Shown here piece after piece: positions 30,483 to 41,600 of a stretch of 64,000 bases of DNA (positions are counted from its first letter, which is position 1; each line of letters begins with the position of its first letter). The notes below the pieces were generated by a model. That model worked only from the letters and a program-made list of their open reading frames with translations, did not search any database and was not told the origin of the DNA. The translations under genes and the position numbers were made by a program. The stretch spans positions 384,001 through 448,000 of the forward strand of contig CAXXJV010000001.1 of NCBI GenBank assembly GCA_963663475.2. The letters run 5' to 3'. The DNA comes from Candidatus Cloacimonadales bacterium. GTDB taxonomy: Bacteria; Cloacimonadota; Cloacimonadia; Cloacimonadales; JAFGVF01.

Positions 30483-31709
30483 TTAATCTTCTTTTTCTAA
30501 ATCTAAACGACTTTTAATGATTTTTTCTGTTTCTATAGCAATCATTAACTCTTCATTAGTTTGAACTTTTAAAACTTTCACCTTACTATCTTCTGCTGAA
30601 ATATCTAAAGTTCCACCAACCCACTGATTGTTGTTCTTTTTATCAATCTTAACACCTAGATAATCCATATCTTCACAAACTAACTCACGTAAGATTGGCA
30701 TATTTTCACCAACACCACCTGTAAAGACTATTACATCTACACCATTCATTGCTGCAGCATAAGCTCCAATATATTTTTTGATTCTGTAAGCATAAACATC
30801 ATGAGCTCTAATTGCTCTATGATCATGGTCTTTAAGAATTCCATCTTCAATAGTTCTCATATCATTAGATAATTGAGACAAGCCTAACATACCAGATTTT
30901 TTATTGAGAAGATTATTAACTTCTGCAGAAGACATATCTAAATTTTCTTGTAAAAATAATGGAATAGCAGGATCTAAATCTCCACAACGTGTTCCCATTA
31001 CAAGTCCTTCAAGAGGAGTTAATCCCATTGAAGTATCTACAGAATCTCCATTCATAACTGCAGTAATAGAAGCACCATTTCCAACATGACAAGTAATTAT
31101 TTTTAAATCTGTAACAGCTTTACCTAAAAATTCAGCAGCTTTTAAAGAAACATACTTATGAGAAGTCCCATGGAATCCATATCTTCTTATTTTATGTTCA
31201 ACATAAAGTTCGTAAGGAATTGCATATAAATAAGCTTTTTCAGGCATTGTTTGGTGGAAAGCAGTATCAAAAACACCACATTGAGGTGTTCCTGGAAGAT
31301 ATTTATAAACAGCTTCAATACCTTTGATATTGGCAGGGTTATGTAAAGGAGCTAAATGAGTGCATTCTTTTAAAGCATGAACAACAGCATCATCAATATA
31401 AACTGATCCTGAGAAATATTCACCAGCATGAACAACCCTATGTCCTACAGCATCAATTTCTGCTGGAGAACTTATACAACCTTTGTTTTTATCTAATAAA
31501 AGATCTATGATATCTTTTAATCCTTGTTCATGATTAGCTATAACCATTTCTTTCTTTTTGAAAGTATGTCTTTCACTTTTATAAGTAAAAAGAGAAGTTT
31601 CATCGCCAATATTTTCAACAATACCTTCAGCTAAAAGTTGCTCATTTTCTTTGTTAATCAATTGATATTTGATTGATGAGCTACCACAATTTAATACTAA
31701 TATCTTCAT
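30483..31709 (-). CDS. ackA: Acetate kinase
   Basis: MKILVLNCGSSSIKY, GHRVVH, APLHNP, FDTAFH, YGFHGTSH, TSMGLTPLEG; start at ATG 31709 with GGAG RBS. Confidence 0.98.
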   Translation of the reverse strand: MKILVLNCGSSSIKYQLINKENEQLLAEGIVENIGDETSLFTYKSERHTFKKKEMVIANHEQGLKDIIDLLLDKNKGCISSPAEIDAVGHRVVHAGEYFSGSVYIDDAVVHALKECTHLAPLHNPANIKGIEAVYKYLPGTPQCGVFDTAFHQTMPEKAYLYAIPYELYVEHKIRRYGFHGTSHKYVSLKAAEFLGKAVTDLKIITCHVGNGASITAVMNGDSVDTSMGLTPLEGLVMGTRCGDLDPAIPLFLQENLDMSSAEVNNLLNKKSGMLGLSQLSNDMRTIEDGILKDHDHRAIRAHDVYAYRIKKYIGAYAAAMNGVDVIVFTGGVGENMPILRELVCEDMDYLGVKIDKKNNNQWVGGTLDISAEDSKVKVLKVQTNEELMIAIETEKIIKSRLDLEKED

Positions 31710-31792
31710 TATGTCTCCTATTCTCAATATAATTTATAATTATGGGTTCAGGATTTAAAATATTGGGATAGTGTCAAATAAAATTTGCTGAT

Positions 31793-31829
31793 AAAAAAGA
31801 AAAAGAGTAAGATAAATATCCTACTCTTT
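31793..31829 (-). terminator. Intrinsic terminator closing the seven-gene motor operon
   Basis: aagagtaggat/atcttactctt stem plus a T-rich tail on the minus strand. Confidence 0.7.
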
Positions 31830-31849
31830 ATAATTTATTCTTAGCTAGA

Positions 31850-33319
31850 TTACTCGAATCTCTGACTAATATTTATTGTATAAGTTCCAATATCAACTAA
31901 AGCTCGACCTTCAATAATTTTTTGTAGATTTGCAATAAAAGTCTTATCATTAATTGAACCTTGTCCTCTTATGATAGCCTTGATTATCTTATCATCTTTA
32001 AAAATTAGACGAAAATCTAACTTACCTCTGATAGTTTTACGTAGTTTATAGCTATTGAATTCTTGATTAATTCTAGGAAGAATAGCACTAGTAAACCACT
32101 CTCGAATCTGAGTCTCTTTTTCATTATCTGTAAGATCTCTTCTTTCGCGTTTAGTTCTTTCTATTTGCCTTTTCTCTAGTTCTGTATCATCAATTTCTGT
32201 AGATTCAATAGTTTCTACTTTTTCAAATCCATCACCTAGATTACTATTTAAAGTTCCAATATCAGCTGTTTCTCCAGAACCAATTCTGGCAGTTCTTCTA
32301 CCTCGAACATCACTAGCTCTAACACCTCTAGCAGACACAACTGCAGTATTTATTTGACTATCAGCTTGTCTTCCTAAGGCTTCAGCAATTCCACCGTAAT
32401 CTGAATCTGTATCAACATCGATATCAAAGGATGAGCTAGCCCTTGATGTACCTCTAAGTCCTCTAACTCTACTTCTAACCGCTAAGGCTGTACCTGTACC
32501 AGCTTGATCACCTCCACCTTCACCAACATTTTGATATCTTTCCTGTGAGTTAGCTTGAGCTGATCGTCTTCTCTGAGCAATTCTATCTTGAATTCTTTGA
32601 GCATCTGCTGCTCTTTGCTCAGCTTCTTCCTGAGCCTTGGCTTCAGCTTCTCCATCTCCCTCTTCTATAATTTCAGGTTCTTCATAAAATTCAGTAGTTT
32701 CCTGACTAATTTCAATTGGAGACTCAACTTGCATACTAACCATAATATTCTCTTCAGTTCTATCAAAGATTGTTTTTGCTCGGGAAGGAGTATAGGTCCA
32801 TCCCACAATTGAAGCAAAAATTATTATGGCTAAAATTACAGAGATAACAGTAAAGCGAGTTACTTTTTGCTGAGTAGATATAGCTGGCCAACGATTAAGG
32901 AGACTAACCAATTTCTTTTGTTCAGCAGTTAGCGGAGCAGGCTTTGGTATGGCTCTGAAGGAAATAGTAGTATTTTCATCAATTACTACTTCTCCTTCAT
33001 AATCTTCATTAAGATATAAACGATTATCTTTGAGCAGGCCTAGACTTTTAATTTCATCAAGAGATAAGTCTTTATCTCCCTTCTTAACACTAATAGAAAA
33101 TGATTTTAATAAATTAAAATAGTATTTCCCATTCTCATTTATTATTAAATCATGTTTCTTAGGGAATGAGGGATTGTATATCTGCCATAATAGACTTGGG
33201 TCCGAACCAATAGTCAGCTTTTTACCAATTAAAAAGTGTTTATTAGTTGTACCTTCAGAAAATGCGACAGAGAATTGCTTTCCCTTATACAGATATTTTA
33301 TTAGGAATCTTTTATTCAT
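31850..33319 (-). CDS. Bitopic protein with FHA-like N-terminus, one TM, coiled-coil/Gly-rich linker and TonB/AgmX-PglI-like C-terminus (GltG-like)
   Basis: LTIGSDP...HDLII beta-rich N-terminus, one TM (FTVISVILAIIIFASIVGW), charged helix, C-terminal RGKLDFRLIF; last gene after the exbB/exbD/exbD homologs. Confidence 0.6.
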   Translation of the reverse strand: MNKRFLIKYLYKGKQFSVAFSEGTTNKHFLIGKKLTIGSDPSLLWQIYNPSFPKKHDLIINENGKYYFNLLKSFSISVKKGDKDLSLDEIKSLGLLKDNRLYLNEDYEGEVVIDENTTISFRAIPKPAPLTAEQKKLVSLLNRWPAISTQQKVTRFTVISVILAIIIFASIVGWTYTPSRAKTIFDRTEENIMVSMQVESPIEISQETTEFYEEPEIIEEGDGEAEAKAQEEAEQRAADAQRIQDRIAQRRRSAQANSQERYQNVGEGGGDQAGTGTALAVRSRVRGLRGTSRASSSFDIDVDTDSDYGGIAEALGRQADSQINTAVVSARGVRASDVRGRRTARIGSGETADIGTLNSNLGDGFEKVETIESTEIDDTELEKRQIERTKRERRDLTDNEKETQIREWFTSAILPRINQEFNSYKLRKTIRGKLDFRLIFKDDKIIKAIIRGQGSINDKTFIANLQKIIEGRALVDIGTYTINISQRFE

Positions 33320-33915
33320 TATAAACCTCCTAAGCCGTAAGCTGATAGAAGTCTATAATAATCATCAGTTTCTCTTTTAACAAAATCTGTAGCAAAATAG
33401 AGTTTAAACTCTTTAGATTTTGATAGAGTTGTAACTGATGAGTTCTCATCATTCCAAATATCTATAAGCATTGATTTAATTGTGTTGATATATTTAAAAG
33501 GAGTGTTTCGGTGAGCTTTAACTCTCACTACAACAGGCTTATTGCCAATATTATCTCCAAGTATAGAATGAATAGTAACATCTAAAGCGCGAGTTTTAGC
33601 TGTCATCACTTCACTTGTAGTATTATTAATGTCTTCAAGCTTTGCTATAGCAATTTGCTCAGTTGAATTTTCACTCTTATAAGTTATTACACCTGAATCT
33701 CTTCCAGTATAACTTACATTAAGAGATATGATTTTACTATTATCTGCAATCTGTTCTTCAAAGAGTGCTTCTTCAAGTTCTACACCTTCAGGGACCAAAT
33801 CAGGGTCGGATGAAACATTGACCATAACAAATAATAACAAAATTGTTAAAATATCAATTAAAGAAGTAATACTCATCTGCGTAGTTTTTTTTGTTCTGTG
33901 TGCTACTGGGCTCAT
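33319..33915 (-). CDS. ExbD/TolR family protein (Asp retained)
   Basis: MSITSLIDILTILLLF TM motif; AHRNTPF periplasmic motif. Confidence 0.85.
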   Translation of the reverse strand: MSPVAHRTKKTTQMSITSLIDILTILLLFVMVNVSSDPDLVPEGVELEEALFEEQIADNSKIISLNVSYTGRDSGVITYKSENSTEQIAIAKLEDINNTTSEVMTAKTRALDVTIHSILGDNIGNKPVVVRVKAHRNTPFKYINTIKSMLIDIWNDENSSVTTLSKSKEFKLYFATDFVKRETDDYYRLLSAYGLGGL

Positions 33916-33926
33916 AGTTTACTTCC

Positions 33927-34502
33927 TTATTCGACTTCACCGATCATAATATCGGAAAATTTCATCTTTTTACATAAGTCCATTGTTTTTACAAAAACAC
34001 CAAACTTAACATAGTCTTTCGGTATTATAATAATAGGTAAGGACCTATTATCACCTTCAGAGATATTAGAATCACCATATTTATCTTCAAGCATAATTGT
34101 ACGGTAAGATTTCAAAGCCTCAGATAACTTACTAAAATCAGAAGAAAGAATTTGAGCATACTTTACATCAATTGTATCATTTTTACTGAAGGAGAATATT
34201 TCTCCCTCTTCATCAACATTGATAGTAAGTTCTAATTTTTTAATTCTTGCCTGATCTTTATCCTTTTTTTTATCTTCAGATGAAGCAGCTCCACCTGATG
34301 CGTTTGGATTAGTCAAATCCAAAGAAATATAAGCAATTGAGACTAAGACCACCATACTCAAGAGCATTGGAATCAGAGTCACGAATAAGTTCATAATCGG
34401 GACTAAATCCACTTCTTGGTGACCAGTGCTTCTATTGGCGTTTCTTCCCTGTGAAGGACTATAGATTTTATTTTTCTTTCCAACAGCAGGATTAATTCTC
34501 AT
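33927..34502 (-). CDS. ExbD/TolR family protein (Asp replaced by Asn)
   Basis: VDLVPIMNLFVTLIPMLL TM motif; IIIP..V.F..FV.TMD...F..I C-terminus. Confidence 0.85.
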   Translation of the reverse strand: MRINPAVGKKNKIYSPSQGRNANRSTGHQEVDLVPIMNLFVTLIPMLLSMVVLVSIAYISLDLTNPNASGGAASSEDKKKDKDQARIKKLELTINVDEEGEIFSFSKNDTIDVKYAQILSSDFSKLSEALKSYRTIMLEDKYGDSNISEGDNRSLPIIIIPKDYVKFGVFVKTMDLCKKMKFSDIMIGEVE

Positions 34503-34506
34503 GATA

Positions 34507-35328
34507 TTAGTCCTGTACTTGGTTATTGATCACATTCATTATTTTTACACTGTTAGCATCTAATTCATTAATAATCTTCTCAGCTCTAGTAGATAAGAAA
34601 CCTTTAATAAATTGTATAGCGATAGCACCAATAAGTCCTAAAGCTGTAGTACCCATCGCTTGTTTAATACCACCCATAAGAACTTCAGTTTCTGAGATAC
34701 CAGAGAAAGCCTGGATAAGACCCATGATAGTACCGAGAAGTCCTAGATAAGTTGATGATTGAGCAAGAAGGTCAAACCAGTGAAGACCTCTATCGATTTC
34801 AGGAATTGTTTGGTAAGCAGCTTCGTTAAAAGCATTTTGAACTTCTTCCTTTAAGCTGTCACCAGTTTTGCCTGAATTTTTAGCATCTTTATATGCTAAT
34901 AAACCGATACGATAAATCTGTCCCATTGTAGTTCTTTGAACAAGTTCAGCAGCAGCGATAGCTTCTTTAAGACTACCAGACTTGACTAAACCTTTAATTT
35001 TTAAATGGAATTTGTTACTATCAATTTTCTCTTTAACCATTAACTGGTAAAAGCGAATAAGTGCATAGAATACTGAAATTAAAAAGATACCTAGAATAAC
35101 CCAGGCAAAAACTCCAGATTCTGCAAAAACTCTGATTAAATTTGTTGGCCCAAGTTTTGCAATCCAATCTTCTGAATCTTCTTCAACTTCGGCTGGAACA
35201 GATTCTTCGTTAGCATTTTCTTGAGTTACTTGATTTTCATTGACGGCTACATCTCCGTTATCTTGGGCGAATAAAAACCCAAAACAAACAACTAAAAGTA
35301 ACATAACTAATAATGCAATCTTTCTCAT
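34507..35328 (-). CDS. MotA/TolQ/ExbB proton channel family protein
   Basis: TYLGLLGTIMGLIQAF and GGIKQAMGTTALGL motifs; N-terminal signal-like segment. Confidence 0.93.
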   Translation of the reverse strand: MRKIALLVMLLLVVCFGFLFAQDNGDVAVNENQVTQENANEESVPAEVEEDSEDWIAKLGPTNLIRVFAESGVFAWVILGIFLISVFYALIRFYQLMVKEKIDSNKFHLKIKGLVKSGSLKEAIAAAELVQRTTMGQIYRIGLLAYKDAKNSGKTGDSLKEEVQNAFNEAAYQTIPEIDRGLHWFDLLAQSSTYLGLLGTIMGLIQAFSGISETEVLMGGIKQAMGTTALGLIGAIAIQFIKGFLSTRAEKIINELDANSVKIMNVINNQVQD

Positions 35329-35356
35329 ACGATCTCCTATTTGGTTTTTATATAAT

Positions 35357-35632
35357 TTAGTATAAAACTCTATTAGATTTTAATAATTTTTCCATTATGT
35401 AGGTTTTAAAGATGAATTCTTCATCTGTTGACATTCTTGAACGAGTAATATCTATGTCAGGTAATCCAGAAGCAAATCTAGTAACTTGCTTAATTTCGAT
35501 AGAATCATAGATAGTTTCAACATTACCCTCAACCTCTATATAAACTGCATCATCATCTTGATTAGTCTGTGCATTACAAAGGTTAAAAGCAGAAACCAGA
35601 ATAATTACTAATATCAATATTACCTTTTTCAT
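35357..35632 (-). CDS. Small exported hypothetical protein (positional GltF analog)
   Basis: Signal peptide, acidic YIEVEGNVE segment; tightly packed in the operon. Confidence 0.6.
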   Translation of the reverse strand: MKKVILILVIILVSAFNLCNAQTNQDDDAVYIEVEGNVETIYDSIEIKQVTRFASGLPDIDITRSRMSTDEEFIFKTYIMEKLLKSNRVLY

Positions 35633-35634
35633 AA

Positions 35635-38600
35635 TTATCTCCTTTCATTTAGGGTTCGGATTTGTAGATCTATTAACAATCCGTTATCTTGCTTAGGGCT
35701 ATTGACCTCAAAAATAATCACATTTTTACCTTGGACATAGTAGTCTGGACTAATGTCTAGATATGGGGCATCAGGTGGAGCAAAGTAGTAATATTCTTCG
35801 AATCCAACCTGTTGACCGTTTAGATAGATATTAACAGTTTCATTAGCTAAGAAATATATAATACTATCAATAACTTGTCCAGTGACCTCAAATTCTTTAA
35901 CAAAGTATTTTACAGTTGGCTGATCTTCTATTACTTCTTCCTCAAGCATAGTTGAATCAGCTAGAGAAGCCACGTTAAGGGAATCAAGTCCTGTATTTGC
36001 CAACATAAGAGAATCTTCTAGTACTTGTGCAGATAAAGTATCTTGGATATTAAGGTCTGTTAGTAGATTATTTGTATCAACTTGCTTTGTTTCTTCTTGA
36101 AGGAGGTCTGTGTTTCTGTACCAAATTGGTATAGCCACAGAATTCTTGAATGCATCTAATTGGTAATAGTCCTCATCAATAGTGCCATAACTAACTTGAC
36201 CCCAGTTAGGATCATCAATTGTTAAAGTTTCTAATGAATCAGCCCCTAACCAAGTATTATCAGTGACAAGATTAAACTTAACAGCATTGTTGTGAATAAA
36301 GAGTTTTTCCTTATCATAAATCATAGCAAAGTTAAAACCGATATTGATATCATCAAATGACTTATTTACTACTTGCAATGAGATGGTATTTTGTCCCTTA
36401 GAGTAGTTCAAAGATGCAAGATTATTATCATTACTTAAACCACGATAAAGATATGGGAAAGCTGATAGAGAATCTTCAATTATCCCATCTGGTAAATATA
36501 AATTACTAATATCAACTAAATTATCATTAGCTTTGAAGCTGATAGAAACTTGATCATTGAACCAAAAATCTCCTTCCTCGACAAATCTGATTCTAGATGC
36601 CATAGGTAAGATAGGACATTCGAAGCTAGTTTCAATATGCAAAGAATCACCAGAAGGAATTGTGTAAATCATGAAATCTCTATATCCATCATTTATCTCA
36701 CTTTCTTGGATGGCAGAAAAATCTTTACGCATTGAAGCTAAGAAGGGAATTTCTATCTCCTCTTTAGCTACTACTTCTGAAACACCAACCTTTTGTAAGA
36801 AAGCTACAATTTCATCTGTCCCAGGTAGAGGATTTGTTATTCCATCGATATATGTTTCATAAATTGATTTTGCATACCCAATACCGATATTATCAAATTC
36901 AGTAGCATACTGGCCTCTAACTAGATAGATTTCATCTTCATAAGCATAAAGAATCTCATCTTGTTCCTCATAGGTTAAATCAGTTCTGCCATAGATGATA
37001 TTTTGATAATTGACATATTGTCCATTTGGTAAGGTAAGGAATTTAGTAATTTGATTATAAATTAAATCACCACTATATTTAGCAATTTTAAATTTAGCAT
37101 AATCCAACTTATAAATTTCTTCTCTCTTTTCATCAACAGTTAATAAATCACTATCAAAAACTCTTTGGGCATCTTGGTCTATCAGAGCAAATTGATTTTT
37201 CACTAATTCAACAAAGTTATTAATTCTCTTATTTTCACCATATAGGTGAGTATTCCATGTAGTAGCATTGTTAACCTTAATTCTTTCATTAACTTCTGCA
37301 GGAACATCTATAAATTCCATAAATTTGTTGTATCTAATTTCAAGATCAGCTAAGAATGCTTTCTTTTCTTGTTCTCTTTCATAATCAAGAGTGTATTTAT
37401 CATAGCGTTCAAGTGATGAAGGTATAGCAATTGTCTCAGCAGGAATACCATTTGCAGTAAAGGTTTCTGCTTGAGCTTTAAAGTCTTCGATTAGAGATAG
37501 CATTCTATCCCATTCTTTATTGCGATAGGCCTTTTTAATCTCCTCATCAATAGGAGATAATTGTTCAACTGCATATCTAGGATATCTTACTGATGTATTA
37601 TCCGTTGCGTAAAGTATCTTAATGTATTCAAGATAGTTTTCATCATCTTCTAGTTCTTCATAAAGACTACAAATAAGGTTGAGGATGTAAATTCTCTCAT
37701 AGTCAGGGAACTTCAAGTTAAAAGCAACCCATTCTTGGACTTCATCTTCTTTAGATAAAGTTCTACATTTCATCTCAATAGCATTGAAATAATAATCTTC
37801 AGCCTTTAAGTCTAGAGAAGAAATATCTAATTTATCTCCTTCTTGGCTAGCTCTTTCATAGATTTCCAGCATCTTTTCAGAAGCTAATAAAGGATCATAT
37901 GTAGTAAGAGTTGAATCTTGGACAACACCTAATCTGCTTATTAAAATAACAAATGTCTGCTGGTCATTAGGGAATCTTCCCATAAATGTATCTTCAATTT
38001 CTTGTGTTCTTTCTTTATAACCAAGAGAATCTGTTATCGAGATAGCAGCACTATAGTTGTTCCATGCTTCTTCAATTGTTTTACTTGCATCACCTTGTTC
38101 AAGTAAACGACTAACAGCAGTATCGTAATCACCACCAGCAGCATAGAGAGCTATTGCATTTCTACGTAATTCAGCTTTCTTAGCTTCATCAATAACTGAA
38201 GACTGAAGAACTTTTTCCATTTCTTGAGCAGCTTTTACCTTATCTTCCTGGTTATCTGTGCTTTGAAGCTGGCTAATTTTGGCTGATCTATTATTAAAGA
38301 TTTCTTTTTCATACTCTGTTTTTTTCTCATCATCAACAAACTCTTTAGCCTTAGCGAAATACTCAATGGAAGAATCAATATCACCGTCAGCTTTATATAA
38401 TTCAGCAAGATTACGGAAGATACTTTCTTTATATTCATCTGAGATATTTAAGTCATTACAAGCTAAGAAGTCTGCTTTAGCTCCATCATTATCCCCCATT
38501 CTCCTCTTAGTTAAACCTCTATAATATAAAAGTTTATAAATAGTTTGGTCTTTATCGGGTATATCTGATGTGGATAGGAAATCATAGAATCTATTTGCAA

Positions 38601-41600
38601 TACTTATGTACTGGCTCCTTCTTTCACTTTTAATATCTTCAATTTCTTGAGTACTATAGTTTAAGGTATCAAAATTAGTAGTATCTGTTATTACAGAAAC
38701 ATTATAAGCCCAACTGTAAGCATTTTGCTCTAAATCAGTCCTAATGTCAGTTTCAGGATTTCTATCAATGAAGTTATAAACCTTTTCTATACCATAATTA
38801 TAAGCAGTAGTATCCTGTTGAGATCTCACATATTTCACAATAGCACTAATATTATTTTGATCATATATTTTAAGACGTTGAGCCCTAATTTCTTCATCAA
38901 ATCCAACATAATTGGCATATTCCTCTGTTGCATTAGTGAAGGACATTATATTTTCCATGTTAGGATTTGCATCTACTTTACTATATAAGTCTGGTAAGAT
39001 GAAATCATCAAAACCTTTTTGAATAACCTTAACATATGGACTTAAATCTTGATTCTTATTGTACTCATACCAATCACTAGTATAGCCATATCTTGCAATA
39101 GCTTTTCGATATTCTCTTTCACCTCTGATATCTAAAGAGTCTCCTAGTTCAAGAGAATAACGACTCATAGTTGTAATGATTGAATCTGTATAGACAGGGT
39201 TTGTAATAGCATATAAATCTACTCTAGACCTAGCGTCATAAAGAGTAATAATATCCTCAAATTCATCAAAGATTCTTTTCTTCTCTAATAGTTTTTGAAA
39301 AATATTATTAGCAGTGGATTCATCATAGAGGGTGAAGAGCTTATTCATAACATAATCTTTTGACTTCAGTTCAACATTTGGCAAGTAGTCAACTTCATTT
39401 AATGAATAAACGATTATGTCTTCAGCAGCACTATACTTATTCTTTTGATATTCAGTAAACATATCCTTATCTGCAAGCAAGATTTCTAAATCTGCAATAG
39501 CTGCTTCATAGTTTTGAATAGCCATTTTGTGCCATGCTCTTTGGAATAAAGCTTCATACTTTTGATCAAGACTACCAAGTGCATATATTTGGTCATAAAC
39601 TTTGATAGAAATACCGACATACTTTGCTGGGTCATCAGCATCAACAGCAATATCAAAATATAATTTAGCAAGACGTAACATTGATTCAATTTGATACTTA
39701 CTGTTAACATCCTTACTAAGTTCTAAGTAGTTATCAATTACTTCTCTATATTTACTTACTGATTTTGTGACAGATTCTGGTCGAGGTTGGTAGAAATAGT
39801 TTTCATCTTTCATTTTTTCTTCACGAAGATTAGCTATTTCTAAATCTAAAATTTGATTTTTATAATAAGCCAAATTGTAGAGGACCACATCTTTCTGTGG
39901 GAAATCAGGGTTTAATTCAAGAACCTTTTGATAGTTATTATAGATTAAATTATAGTTGTTACTATATATAATAGTAGCAATTTCAGCTAAATTAAAGTAT
40001 AGTTTAAAATTATTATTGAAGTTATTATTCTTGAAGATAAAAGCATTTGTTCTATTATATATGCTTTCATACTGGTCTTCATATTGGCCATATTCAGCCT
40101 CAGAAAGAGCTAAAGAATCACGATCTGCTTCTTCTAAACGACTTTTATAATTCTCGTTTAATTTGCGGAAATCTAAATCTAAAGCTATGAAATCAACATA
40201 AGTTTGTTGTTCATTTTTTATTTGATTAAATTTATTAAAAGAGTTAGAGTAAATTGATATTTTACCATCTAACTCTTTAAATTTATCCTTAACTTCTGCT
40301 TCAGCTTTAGCTGCAACAGTCTCATAATATGTATCTATAACTTTTCTTCTTTTAACTTCTAACTTACTTTCTTGAGCTAAAAATTCTTCTACTTTCTCTT
40401 CAGCTAATTCTTGTTTTTCAGATAAGTTTGGGAACTCAGCTAAATCAAACTTAGCCTTAACTCTTATCTCATCTAAATTCTCTTGTTCATCCTTAAGAAG
40501 CTGGCGTAGTTCGCTATTTTTTTGAGGATAAGATCTTGTTTTATCTACTAAATTAGAAAGATTAACAATATATTTCTTCTTGAGATAGAGTTGATTAGCA
40601 TACCAATAGGCTCTCAAGAATTGATCATCATTAGGACTTTCGATATCACTAAGAAGTTCTTCAGTAATATCAAGTAGGTAATCTTCCTCTTTATTTGCCC
40701 TGTCTCGATTTGCGATAGCGATTAATTCGTCTTTAGGTCTATTTCTATATTGATCAATAAGATCAAGTTCAACAAAATAGGTTTCAGTTCTTTCAATGAA
40801 GGTTAGTTCGAGTTCTTTGATAAGCTGAACAGATCTAGGATCTAAGAAAGAAATCTTTTCTTCTAAAACTAATTGGTTTGCAAGAACTGCTTCTTCCTTA
40901 CTAGTTATTTGCTCTCTTAAAATATTTTTTCTAGTTTCTTCAGTTTCCATTAAGAGGTTATTTCTTAAAGATCTAATTTCATTCATGAGATTTCTATTCT
41001 GAAGTAAACTAGTAAAATAATCATCTACTCTTGCTTGGTAACTAGTCATTAAGTTTGAAGCACTATCTCCATTATTAAGTTCATGGTCAATCAGTATTAA
41101 GTTGTAAAGAGTCTGAACATAGAAATCATTAGCATTTTTTGATTCAAGTAATCTTTCAAAAGTGGTTTTTGCCTTTTGGAGATTACCCGCTTTTCTGTGA
41201 GCAATACCTATTTCATAGATAACTTCACTTATGTTATCATTGTTCAATTGGCTATATGCTTGATAATAAGAAACAGCTGTTTCGGGATCTCCGTAATGAG
41301 AAAACAATCTTGCAATAGAGAGTAGAACAAAGTCATAGTAAGGTGTATCTGGCGAAAAGTTGTTTTGTAAAACATCAAAAATAGCTGTAGCTTCCTCAAT
41401 TCTTCCTTCAGAAAGAGAAATGAGAGCTAAAGTCGCAGTTGATCTGAGCGTATATTCAGTATCAATAGCAGCTTCTTCCAGATATTTTTGAGCATCATTA
41501 AATCTACCGATGTTGTAGAGAGATTGTCCATATCTGAACTTTTGTGATGCTAATTCAAATTCAGGATACTCTTCAACTAATTCCACATATTCTTGATCTT

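Noticed and set aside
31850-35328. Ordinary TonB-ExbBD uptake or Tol-Pal locus
   Set aside because: No TonB-dependent receptor, tolB or pal in the operon; two dissimilar ExbD genes and a giant TPR gene fit poorly, though this is not formally excluded
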